Shown here in pieces: positions 25,490-36,753 of a DNA stretch of 64,000 bases. Below the pieces are notes generated by a model. That model was not told where the DNA came from and made no database searches. It was given only the letters and a program-made list of their open reading frames with translations. The position numbers and the translations under genes were made by a program. The DNA comes from Lepidodermella squamata (taxonomy: Eukaryota; Animalia; Gastrotricha). The first letter of the stretch is position 1. Each line of letters starts with the position of its first letter. The stretch spans positions 2,914,001 to 2,978,000 of the forward strand of contig JBLDXI010000019.1 of assembly GCA_047495785.1 (NCBI GenBank), written 5' to 3'.

Positions 25490-25850
25490 CCAAAAGTTGC
25501 TGCCATGATTTTGGACCATCCAATCGGTGGAAGCCCGATAGACACAATGAACAATGAAGGCACTGCCGCTCTAATGTTGGCTGTTCAGTGTTTGAGTGAT
25601 CATGACACAATAAAGTTTCTTCTGGACCGTGGCGCCATTGTGAATTTGCGGAATCCGAGATCGAATAAGACGGCTTTAGAAAACGCGCTGTACAGAGTGT
25701 CCAAAAAATTCCGCAGAAGGCCGCCTTCTGCGGAATTTTTTGGACACTCTGTATTGGATAGATTCCCGTATTATGGTTACGCATTGGGCTATCGACCGCC
25801 GTTGTAGCGGCGTGTCTCCGGATTTTTCGTGTTGGAACTTTTGGATTGAT
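25490..25850 (+). pseudogene. Isolated 3' ankyrin fragment of a further STAND paralog
   Basis: MILDHPIG...LSDHDTIKFLLDRGA..LRNP...LGYRPP matches the C-termini of both intact copies; Trp codon changed to TAG. Confidence 0.88.
25693..25751. mobile_element. 59-bp perfect-hairpin Tc1/mariner-type micro-MITE
   Basis: TA-cagagtgtccaaaaaattccgcagaaggc-c-gccttctgcggaattttttggacactctg-TA; absent from the paralogs. Confidence 0.85.
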
Positions 25851-26540
25851 GATTCCAGATTTAGCTGAACATGCAGAAGTATAGGTAACACACGCCTTAG
25901 CGTCGGCCTAAATTTCTTTCAGATCACAGAAAATTTTTCTAGTAAACCAACCGAGACATAGGCTTTAGATTGAATCAATTTTTCATTTCGGGAATCAAAC
26001 GCGATCAGTAAAGTGACTATTATACACTGTTTGGAGACACCCGATGACACCGGTCTATCGTGAGGTAGAAGGTCCCTGACTTTCCTTTGGTCCACGGGCG
26101 TAAATCCTCGTAAGGTTCCATCTCATGTATTGATTTTTTGACGCGCACTAATATGCTCCGGAAATCTGTCGGACCTGACTGGGTTCGATTGATATGGATT
26201 TAGCCTCAAACAATCGATTGATTTACCTTGTCGATTCGATAGAAGATATAAAGTGATAATGCTAAAACAGATATAGAGCCCAACCTCGTTTCAGACGCTG
26301 AGTAAATCATCATTTTTTTATTGCAACACTATCACGTGACGAGCTTTTATAAGAGCGGTGACGCATTATTGGAATTCGATATTCGCCTACCACCAACGCC
26401 TACCACCAACTCAAACATCGCATGCGCGTTAGGAGTATTGAATAATAAATAGATCGACAACATAATATGAAAACGTTGCATGGCTGAAAATTCCCAGTCA
26501 CCACAACTATATTTTCAGTGTCCATTTGAAGTTTCCAGCG

Positions 26541-29500
26541 ATGAACATGCGCTTATCATTAGATATCAGCGAAGCCATCGAAGCGTGTCGACAATTCGGC
26601 TTCAATGCAGCTTCAACAGCTAGAAAAATGCTCGACCCAAAATTGCATCCTAAAAATCGAGAATCGATCGAACGCATGTTCGGCTCAAATTTTCTACAGA
26701 ATATCTCCGGGAATTCCAGACGAGAAATTGACTCCCTTTGCAATAAAATGCTGGAAAGTAAAAGTCTTGAAGGATTCTTATTATTCCTGATCAATTCAGA
26801 CCAACTGCTAATCGATCACCTACTCACTAAGAATGTTTCAATGTCAAACAGCGAAAAATCCGAACAAATTGCTGAAATCCGATTCGCGATTATTCGATTC
26901 ATGTACAGCGATCTGACAGTATTTTCCTGCCCTGACTACATCAACAGTTCGCCACAAAAAGTTAGGATTTATCACGACTCAACCCTGGCGAAAATCAAGA
27001 ATTACATGCCTCGGACTGGTGATGTTTACCTACAAGCGAAATTCGAAGGACTTTGCTCGGGAAATTGGAGGACTAACTGTGTAGTTTTTCACGGCGATTC
27101 AGGCCTTGGAAAAACAATGACTGTCACCCACGCCATAGTTCTTAATGAACCGTTACTTAAGTCTTGCAATATCACAAAAATCGCATGGCTTAACTGCTCG
27201 ATCTTTCCGGCAAAAAGCCAGAGTTACGCTGCGAGAGATGCTTTCTTTGTAAATTTGGCTCGAACTTTCAACTTGAAATACCACTATGGAGATTGCAGCG
27301 AAGCCGATTACGTTGTCAGAAGGTTCCTGCATGACTATTCAGCTCCTAATCGGAAAATTCTGTTAGTCCTCGACAACATCAGTCACCCTTTCATCCTCAA
27401 ATTAGCCGCAAATCTGTGTGAAAATGTCCCTGTTCTGGCGACGAGCCGAAATTCAACATTCAAACATTTTCAAGATTTCAGTGAAATTCAAATCATGCAT
27501 ATGGCTGATGAACGTATATCCGAGATAGCTAGTCGAGAGCAACCAGAATTATGCCTTGGATCGCCATTTCTTGCTTCGGTTATCGGCTCTAGAATACTAG
27601 ATCCAGCTTCTGACACTGTTGTTTTCAGCTCAATTTGGACCCCATTCGAAGCCAACTGCCTAAAACTGCTCAAATTAGCCTTCGACGAACAGTCTGAAGC
27701 TGAAAAGAAGCTTTATCTGGCGTTCCTTCTCCATATCCCAGAGATTTCCTTCGAGCTGGAAGATCTAGCTATTTTATGGAATTTCGAAGATTTGAACCAG
27801 GTCAGAAAGCAGATCAAGCAATTTCTCGAGAAATCATTGGTCAAAGAAACGGAAGATTCAAAGATCGCAATACATTCAATGCTATTTGAGGTGGCCTACC
27901 AATTTGCAGTGAAATTTTACGGCCTCGATCTTTACTCAGCAGCCATCGACGTTCAACGGTTCATGCTGTTGAAAAATCGTGGATGGTTTGAAAAAATTGT
28001 AACTAACAAGAGATTGAAACTTCTCGAAGCTATTGTCGGCCATCTTCTGAGAAACGAATGTTATTCAATGGGAGCAAAAGAGGTTCTGTTAGAGTATTTC
28101 TTTCCCAACTACGATGTTACACCACTTACAATCTTGGTTGAATCTAAACTGGAAAAGAAATTCGACAAGGCTGAAAATATCGCTTTAACGATGCTTGGAA
28201 AAATTCTGCAAAAATTACTCGAAGTTGAGGATATCGAAAGTACCGACGATTCCTATTTCGCTAGATTCAAGGGATTTTTCAGTAAGCCCATCGAGGAGCC
28301 ACGTGATTACCGAGGAATCACGCTACAGCGGTGCAAAAGTACAGGATTATGGGCAAAAATGTTAGGAACAGTCGAGAATGGAAGATTTTGGTACGAAAAC
28401 ATCATGCTAACAGCCGCAGTGCGTGACTACGATGATTTGGCGATGGCATTGCTCGACGATGAAGAATTCTTCAATCGGGTTGGTGTTGTTGATAGCGACG
28501 GCGAGAATGTGTTTATGAAAGCGGCTCGTGTTGGTTGTTACATAGTGAATACGGCGTACGATGCCGTAGACGCAAAGGTGCACAATCAGGTGAATAACAA
28601 TGGCGAGACATCTATGATGATTATGTTCGTGAGTGTATATCCGTTCTCGGCTGCGACGTTGATGAACACTGGGAAATGCGATCTAACAATGGAGACGACG
28701 CCCGAATTTGATAGGACGCGATCAGTTGGAGCTCATTGCTTGTGGCGAACCAGGTAGGCATAATTTGCATAAAAGCAGCTCAGACGGGGTCAGAAATGAT
28801 TTTCTAGAAATAGTTTTGCTAGCATCTGCATGTAGTATAGCTTTTTTTAGCTGTTCTTACCCCACTTATTAGAGTATTACGCCCTCTGAATCTCGTCTAA
28901 ATGATTGATTGGGGGTTAAACTAGGATCTTAGGGAAGATTTCATAACAAGTAATACGAGAAAATCCACATCTTGAGCGCGATGATTTTTTCCAGGCATCA
29001 AGAAGAACGTTTCCTTCTGGAAAAGCTTTCCGAAGTGGCACACCTGGAGCCAGATGAAATCGATTATCTGGACGTGATTAAACCAGCTTTGGAATCAGGC
29101 AAGGGCGCAAACCTAGAGCCGTGCGACGAGTTCAACGACCTTCTGCTGCGTAGCCTGTTTGGGAACGAAATTACGACGAATCTTTCGAAAAGCTCGCGAC
29201 ATCTCATGAAACAAATCTACAACTTTAACCATACAAAAGAACTCGATTTGGACACTCGAGAGTTTAGCGTGAGAGATTTGTCCTTAGGTCTACTTCTCGC
29301 ATGTAATATCGGTAGCGAAGCTGCGGAAATCCTAATCAAAAGCGGAGCGAATGTTGACGTGAGGAATCAAGTTCCCCCCGGCAGAACGGCTTTGATGGAA
29401 GCTACTAGAAACGGCAACGAAGCTACAGTGACAACTCTTCTGGAAAACGGGGCAGATGTTCATGCGAGAGACTCCCAAGCTCTGACTGCTATTTACTACG

Positions 29501-30126
29501 CTGCTCAACACGACAGAGCTGGGATAATGCAGCTTCTAATAGAAAAAGGCGCGAATGTTGAAGACAGGAATCGGTACGGCGAATCCGTTCTTAAAATCGC
29601 TGCGAAATTTGGCTCCGTTAAATGTGCGACAGCTCTGATGAGTGATGGTGTGAATGTTGACTCTCCTGACGAAGACCACATGACGGCGTTGACGGAAGCC
29701 TGCTATAAGGGTTTCGAAGAGATAGTTGCTCTGTTGATAGAATCAGGAGCTAAAGTTGATGTGAAGGATGATTCGGGCTGGACTCCTCTCATGCGTGCTG
29801 CTACCAGGTGTCATCCTAATGTAGTTACCATGATTTTGGACCATCCTATAGGTGCTAAAACAATCGACTGGACGAACGAGCAAGGCGATACATCTTTGAT
29901 TTTGGCTGTTCAATATTTGAGTGATCATGAAACGATCCAGTTATTGCTGGACCATGGCGCTAGGTTGGATTTGCGAAATCCGAAGACAAATCATACTGCT
30001 TTAGATTACGCGTTTGAAGAATTTGCTGGTGAAAATCACCCGTCCTATGCTCTTTTGCTTGGCTATCGGCCCCCGATATGGCGGCGCATTTGCGGATTTT
30101 TTGTGTTGGAACTGCTGGATTGGTAA
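26541..30126 (+). CDS. STAND/NLR-like protein copy 2 (death-fold-like, NB-ARC, WH, ankyrin); join(26541..28753,28995..30126)
   Basis: GDSGLGKT, ILLVLDNI, VLATSR, GSPF, IHS; same intron position and phase as copy 1. Confidence 0.88.
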
Positions 30127-30469
30127 TTGAATCGTTTTTCTACTGTCCAGCTTGTCAACATTTCCTGTTTAAAATATGCTAAACCTAAACTCACTAAAAC
30201 TCTTCTAACATTATTATCTTAATTGTGTGTGAGTGCCATCAAAATTATCATTACAGCTTCGCTAGCTAATAACAACAATTGCCATCAATACTCTTTAGAA
30301 TAAATTTTGGTTCTTCAGGCGGAATCATTTTGTGGATTTGGTGTTCATTTTCCTAAGGCCTTTCGTCCTCAGTCTTGCAGTTTAAATACATTTGCTTTAC
30401 GAGCATTAAAGTGTGCATTAAATTGTTCTGCCCTTTATAATATAACAGTCTGTTTATTCTTGATTCAAT

Positions 30470-32875
30470 TCAAGTTTTTGGCTGAACGAAGATGGTGTTA
30501 ACCTGCACAGATCTCCGTCCCACATGTAAGTTGGCGTCCCTGAGTTCACCACACTGCGTCGACCACGCAGTTTTCCTGTTTTGCAAAGCTTCGACACAGA
30601 AAAACGCTTGAGACGCTATCGATATCACAACTCCGGCCACGCAAATGATGACCCGCTGGATAATTGGATCACGGAAGATGAGAAGCAGCAAACTCGTGCC
30701 CAGACCGACGGTAGCACTGTTGACACTGAGCGGGATAACGAACTTGCAAGTTTTGACCTGAAACATGCTGAATGACTGGCGGCGAGCAAGGTAACATGAT
30801 GCGACCAAAACAACAAGATTAGCTATAAAAGCTACAAGCATTTGAATTGCTTCTTGGTCAGAGCGGCATGAAATTGCGAACAAATTCAGGAAAGTATCAG
30901 TATCTTCCGAGTAGCTTGAGGACAATGCCTTTATACAGCAAAACGCCGGGTCGGAAACACTCCAAATCACGATGTAAGCCATCATAATTCCAGCTATGAC
31001 TGATATGATCACAGCAGATGATTTCTCCTTTTTCACAAACGAAGTTTCATCCGAAGGCATGACAGAGATGCTTGAATGACGGACGCTAGACGATGCCGAC
31101 CATCGTCTACTAGTCAAATTGTCACCATAATTAATGGGATGAATTACCTGGCACCTTCCATACAAAGCTCGGCAAAGTAAGGATGCGTGGAAGGTAGTCA
31201 GCCCAACCATTATAGTAATAACTCGAGCGTAATGAAGTCCCAAAATGCTGACTGAGACTGATTCAGAGACGAATAAAATCGACGAAATATCGACTAAGAC
31301 CAAGCCTATCAATCCAAAGGTCTGACTGATCGGCATAGCTCGAAAGGTTTGACCGAATCCTAACCAAAGGTTCAGATACAGTATTGACATGATTTTAGCA
31401 GCTATCAGCTGCGAAGTTATGAGATAAATCACAATTTTTAAGATCAAATGGGTGTCTAAGGTTTCGTTTTCAATAAAACCTCGATCTCGAACCGGCAGCC
31501 CATCCTTAGTCCACCAATCAATGTCGTTCAGCTTGGTGAACAAATAGGGTGAGTAATCCTTATTCGTGCTCCCATTAAGCCCTTGCTCTAAGGAATAAAT
31601 CAGCTGAAGTTTCTTTTCGGTCGTGTTCCATTGAAGGGCTACATATTTCTGCCCAGTCGCCATAGAAACCGGGTTGTACCTGAATTGAGCGCTATTGCGT
31701 AATCCAAAATAGTTGACCTGGCTTGCAGTTCGATTTGCGACTTCAACAACTTGAGATGTGTTCCTCCAGATATCAGTCAAGGACAAACCTTGTTTCCTTA
31801 AGTTCTTCTCGGCTAGATCGAGAGTAATCAAAGCTTGAAGCTCAGCATCATGGCCACGATATCTCGCGTCATAATCCGGGTACCTCGTATTGTTCAATGC
31901 CCTATCCAACATCGCCTCAACATCGTTGTAGGTATATCCAAGACTTGACGGTTCATCGGCTTTATCCGTGTATTCCATGTCTCCAAATACGAAACTTATC
32001 TTGAATTGAGTTAGGATCATCTCTTTTGTGCAACCTTCGTAGATCACATCCGGTAGAATAGCTGGATCGACAATGTTTGAAAATGACTGAATCAAGACAT
32101 ATTTTGGTCCTATGAGCCGATGCTTGTAAGTTTGGCACAAAAACTGCCATCTTAAGCGGAGAACGGCACTTCCCATGATGATAACTCTAATGTCGGCTTT
32201 TTTGATGTTTCTAAACAAGTCATCGTCCATGTAGTCGTTTGAAGCTTCGAATGATACTGTTACGCCGCCAGCAGTCAGGAAATTGTTGAGAAATTGAGCG
32301 TTTTGATAGTCGCTTACAGTATTTGCGAGTATTGAAACTCGGCGCCATTGTCCGATGTCCATTATGAACCTAGCTCTACCGTAGGATTGCTGTAATTGAG
32401 GAGCTCGGATCATGTAAAAATTTGGGTATCTTCGTTTGTCAAGATACTGCTCCTGGCTGCAGCCTGGGGATATTGAAATGTACTGAAAATGGTGCACCAT
32501 GGGGCCTAGCAACTGGCACGCAGTTTGAGGGCCAACTAAAATCGGAGATCGGTAAAATTGAGCTTTTGCCGGCTTTGTAGCGTATAGATCAGCGAACTGA
32601 GAGTCGTATTTTAGGAAATTCGAAATTCCTTTGGCACCCGTGCCATCGTCTATGAAGGTCATTTCGACGAAATAGTCGGGTAGAATGTCGCTACGGTTAT
32701 TGACCAGATCGACAACAATTCTCCAAATGGCTCGATAGGTTTTGTAGTCATTCGGTGGGTTCTCTCCTGTCTCAGTCGCAACGTGTAGCAGCTTAAGTCT
32801 GGGTTTGTTGTCCTTGACGGTCCAGGCAGATGCGATTGAGATTTGAAGTAGGAAAATTGGAATAAATCTTGTCAT
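30470..32875 (-). CDS. Full-length intronless class C GPCR, GABA-B receptor-like (Venus flytrap + 7TM, no nine-Cys domain)
   Basis: 801-aa ORF with signal peptide, VFT motifs, seven hydrophobic segments and WSVSDP at the end of TM4. Confidence 0.88.
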   Translation of the reverse strand: MTRFIPIFLLQISIASAWTVKDNKPRLKLLHVATETGENPPNDYKTYRAIWRIVVDLVNNRSDILPDYFVEMTFIDDGTGAKGISNFLKYDSQFADLYATKPAKAQFYRSPILVGPQTACQLLGPMVHHFQYISISPGCSQEQYLDKRRYPNFYMIRAPQLQQSYGRARFIMDIGQWRRVSILANTVSDYQNAQFLNNFLTAGGVTVSFEASNDYMDDDLFRNIKKADIRVIIMGSAVLRLRWQFLCQTYKHRLIGPKYVLIQSFSNIVDPAILPDVIYEGCTKEMILTQFKISFVFGDMEYTDKADEPSSLGYTYNDVEAMLDRALNNTRYPDYDARYRGHDAELQALITLDLAEKNLRKQGLSLTDIWRNTSQVVEVANRTASQVNYFGLRNSAQFRYNPVSMATGQKYVALQWNTTEKKLQLIYSLEQGLNGSTNKDYSPYLFTKLNDIDWWTKDGLPVRDRGFIENETLDTHLILKIVIYLITSQLIAAKIMSILYLNLWLGFGQTFRAMPISQTFGLIGLVLVDISSILFVSESVSVSILGLHYARVITIMVGLTTFHASLLCRALYGRCQVIHPINYGDNLTSRRWSASSSVRHSSISVMPSDETSFVKKEKSSAVIISVIAGIMMAYIVIWSVSDPAFCCIKALSSSYSEDTDTFLNLFAISCRSDQEAIQMLVAFIANLVVLVASCYLARRQSFSMFQVKTCKFVIPLSVNSATVGLGTSLLLLIFRDPIIQRVIICVAGVVISIASQAFFCVEALQNRKTAWSTQCGELRDANLHVGRRSVQVNTIFVQPKT

Positions 32876-33707
32876 TTTCTAGTAGTCGTTCAACCTGCAA
32901 TGAATGAGAAAATTCTAAGCCTGGGATCAATCAAGCTAATAGGACCGTCTGGTGCTAGCGACTTTCAATTACGAATGAAAGCGTGATGTCATGAAGCTAA
33001 TTTCAGATGCTCAATCAATAATACTCACGACACTGTAGAATTTTCGTCATTTCAAGATCTGCGTGGCTATTCATGCAGTTTGCGTTAAAGAACTAAATAT
33101 ACCTAATAGCATACCTAGTACCTAGTATCCACTTGAAAGATTGATCCAGCTCAGACTACACAGCTCCCTCTGGCCCGGGTTCCGGATATGCCTCGATCCC
33201 CGCATTGCACTCCTATAGGGTGTCACATCGCATCGTAATTAATCCATTTTCAGTGCCAAATTACGCATTATTTTAGCCACACGGAAGGTCGGCTCCAATG
33301 TCTTAGCTAGAGTGGTTGCTAATAGCGAAAATTTGAAATGCAATCTTCACCGAGATTTCAGCATGCGTCATCATAATAGGACTAGCGCTATTATTTTTAG
33401 CTGGCGATTTCTAATTGTAGGCAGTCCGCAGTCTACTTTTCTGCTAGCTATAGCCAGTGTACAGGCCGACGGCAAATGATGAAACATCTTCGATTATGGC
33501 TTGGCTTCTCTTTAGTCAAGGACCTAGAGGTCAGCCGCTTTATTTACAAAAAAAATTACAAAAAAAATTCAGGTCAGCCGCAATGAAAAACAGCAGACAA
33601 GACAGCAGACTAACACGCGTCCATCCGAAATGCTGAGACAAAAAAATACCAATGAGTGTCTTGCGAATTTATTTGCCACATTCTTCATTATTATTACTTG
33701 AAAATCA

Positions 33708-34918
33708 ATGCAATTTCTGCCACTAGTATTTGGTGAGTGTACCTGCTAATTCTTTGTAATATTGACTTTTATTTCTGTTTCCTAGTTTTGTTAAGCGTTC
33801 AGTTCAGCTTAGCAGTTGATTTATGTGGCAACAGCTTCAAAAACGAGATTAATTACAAGAAATGGTGCCGTGTGGAAGCTGGTCGTGATCTTAGATTTCT
33901 AAGCAAATTGAATCCGGCTGAATCCTACGCGCTATCAGATAGCGGCTCGACATGTTCCAAAGAATTCTGCCCTCCTTATCAAACTTTTGACCCTGAAAAG
34001 TGCGGTTGTTCCTGTCCAAGTCAGCTCCTTCTGAAATGCATGGACATTTCTAAAGAGCCAACTGGAACAACCTGTAAATGTGAATGTCCGACCAATCCTG
34101 AAGCTTCGTCAGGCTTCTCGCAATGCAAAGTTTTCGGTAGTGTAGAGACCCGCCTTGGAACCCGGGCTGGTTACTATATTGCCGACAAAAATGGCTGTTT
34201 CGGGGTTACAAAATCAAAACCGATGATCAGCTGTGGTCCAGGCAAGATTTTCGATCAAATAAAGTGCGACTGTGTTTTCTCCGGTGAAATTGTTGGAATC
34301 TGTCAAGAAAACGATCCGCCAACTCGATGCCCCTGCAAATGCCCCGAGAAGCCTAATGATGCAACTGGTGGGCTATGTACCTTAGCAGCTCGAGGCAACG
34401 AAATGCGAGCAGCTTTATCTGACGGCAAATCATTCTACACGGCTGATAGTCGTGGTTGCTTCTACGCAAGTTCGAAATCCCTTTGCGAAGAATCTTTCAA
34501 CCTTGAAACGTGTGCTTGTACTTGTAACATTTACGTCAACCCCGTCGGCTACATCCCACTGGACCTTGATCTGAATTACACTTGTATCGATAGCCATGGT
34601 ACCCGGTCTTATGGGTCTATTTCACGCGGCGATTACTACTACAAAAAGTTCTACCTCGAGGGATGTTATTACCGCAACGAATGCACAGAGCTGACAGGCG
34701 AGAGCTTTACGACAAACAGGTGCGATTGCGAGCGGTTAACGGTGCGAAATACCGATGGTTATTGTAAGACGCAATCGGGGTTAGAGCGAAAGTTCTTTAC
34801 TAGTGATCCTACCCAATACTACAAGGTGGTTTTATCTGCCGATGTTCGAGTACGATGCCCGAGTGGGAAGAAGTTCATTGACGGATCTATTTGTGATTGT
34901 GTCGATTCTTCAAATTGA
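33708..34918 (+). CDS. Secreted Cys-rich protein with CxCxC-type repeats; join(33708..33732,33786..34918)
   Basis: Spliced signal peptide MQFLPLVFVLLSVQFSLA; repeats FDPEKCGCSC, TCKCEC, FDQIKCDC, RCPCKC, FNLETCACTC, NRCDC, SICDC. Confidence 0.82.
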
Positions 34919-35698
34919 ACATTAGTTGTCAAATAAAGTTGTGAATTTTCTCACTGCCTTTCCACACGACTTTTGCCAATGCTTTCTTACAAGGAGAAGC
35001 AAACATAAAGAGGATCTGCTCCGCAGTTCACAGTTCGATTTCGGTTCCGTTTGAACTCAAACACCTCCCCAACCTCAACGCTAACCCCAGCCTGTTATCC
35101 TTGTTCTTTTCGACTTTTCAGGATTTTCGAGCTAAGGATGCGTACCTAAGACACAGACTGAAAAAGCTTTAATGCTCGCTCGGCTGAAGTAAAATCAGTT
35201 GACTTGTTACTGCAATTGGTCCCAAGAATTCATTTAATAAAAACGTGATGGCTGTCCTCATTTAGTTCTGCCATGTATTGAAAAAGGATATGGGTCGTGT
35301 TAGCTCGGTATTTGGCAGCAGGCAAGGCCGTTACTACTTACAGGTGTCTTAAACTAGTTCAAAGGCGATATACATTGTAGAATATTTCATGCATGTCCTC
35401 GCAACGAGTTCACGTTACTTTTTGCGTTTTCCTGGCAAATATATATAGGCACTACGTCGCTCATGTGTGATATGTATGTAGTAGTTATCTACGTTCGCGC
35501 CATTGCATTCAAATATGAGTGTGGCCTTTTTTATTGATTCATGCATAGTAGTGAAAAGTAAAACTGTGTACACTCAACATATGAATCATCCATATTCCTT
35601 TATATCAGCTGCCTGTATTCTGTTCTACTCATCCTATAGAAACCAAAAGTATTAGCAAATTTTCAGAAATTGTATTTGAAAACAAGAAATTTATCATC

Positions 35699-36372
35699 AT
35701 GTTACCAACTTTCGCTGCAATTCTCGGCTTGCTTGTTTCTCAAGTTGCGGCATCCGGCCGTGACAGTGGCTGCAGGGTGGACAGTGAATGCGACTCTTCC
35801 CTTCAATGCTGGTATGGCTACTGCACCTGTCCACCAGAGATGCCCTACTCGGATCGGGATAACGAGCACAAATGCACATCAACCTACATTGCTAGTAAGT
35901 CAAAGTTCCAGGAAATTATCCAAACTTTTAAATAGGACTAGCTCTGTCTTCTGAAGCATACAATAGAGTTGAGAAATCCTTAAATACGCAGATTTGAATT
36001 TTTATCCCTTTTTCAGATAAGCATGCCGCAATGTTTGGAGCCAAGTGCTACATAGCGAACACAAATGACGACTGTTACTTTAATGACCTGAAATGCCTCG
36101 ACGGTGTCTGCAAATGCCCGCCCGAACAGCCTTACTACGTCGGTAACGGCTGCTCGTCATCAGCCAACACCAACTGCCCGAATACCGGCACTTACACGTG
36201 CACGATGGACTCGCAGTGCCCGAAACTGACTTGCAGCGGAAATTCGACATCGTGCAAAGTGAATTCCTGTGTGAGAGGGTGCTGTCTTTACAACAGCAGC
36301 TCAGCGAAACTCGAAGTTAGCTGGTCCATAATAAGTGCTACTTTGCTCGCGTTATTTCTCGGCGATTTTTGA
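35699..36372 (+). CDS. Small cell-surface Cys-rich protein (EB-module-like repeats, probable GPI signal); join(35699..35894,36017..36372)
   Basis: Signal peptide; C..DSEC....C..G.C.CPPE.PY repeated twice; hydrophobic C-terminus after NSSSA. Confidence 0.8.
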
Positions 36373-36753
36373 CCCGTGATTATGTCATCTTTTATTATGA
36401 TTTGCCTTATGAGCTGATACCTTATACCAGATACTTTCTGTCATCTACAATTCTATTCAAAAAACTAATCTCCAATTTTACAATTTGCTATCTGCTGATT
36501 TTGTCGATCGTCACTAATGAGGTAAAAGCTTCGTGAAAATACTCAATACTCACGAAATAAATCAAATTCTTGAAACGTTGGGGATTTTCTCCATATTGAT
36601 GACGGAGAGTCAAGAATAATTCCAAGTTAAACCTTCAAGTCCAAGTAATACATCATTTATTTATAATTTTAACTGATATTTACATCTACAAATATTGAAC
36701 GGTACAATTTAATTGAAGAGAGATTGAAGAGGGAATAAAGTGTAATAATAATT

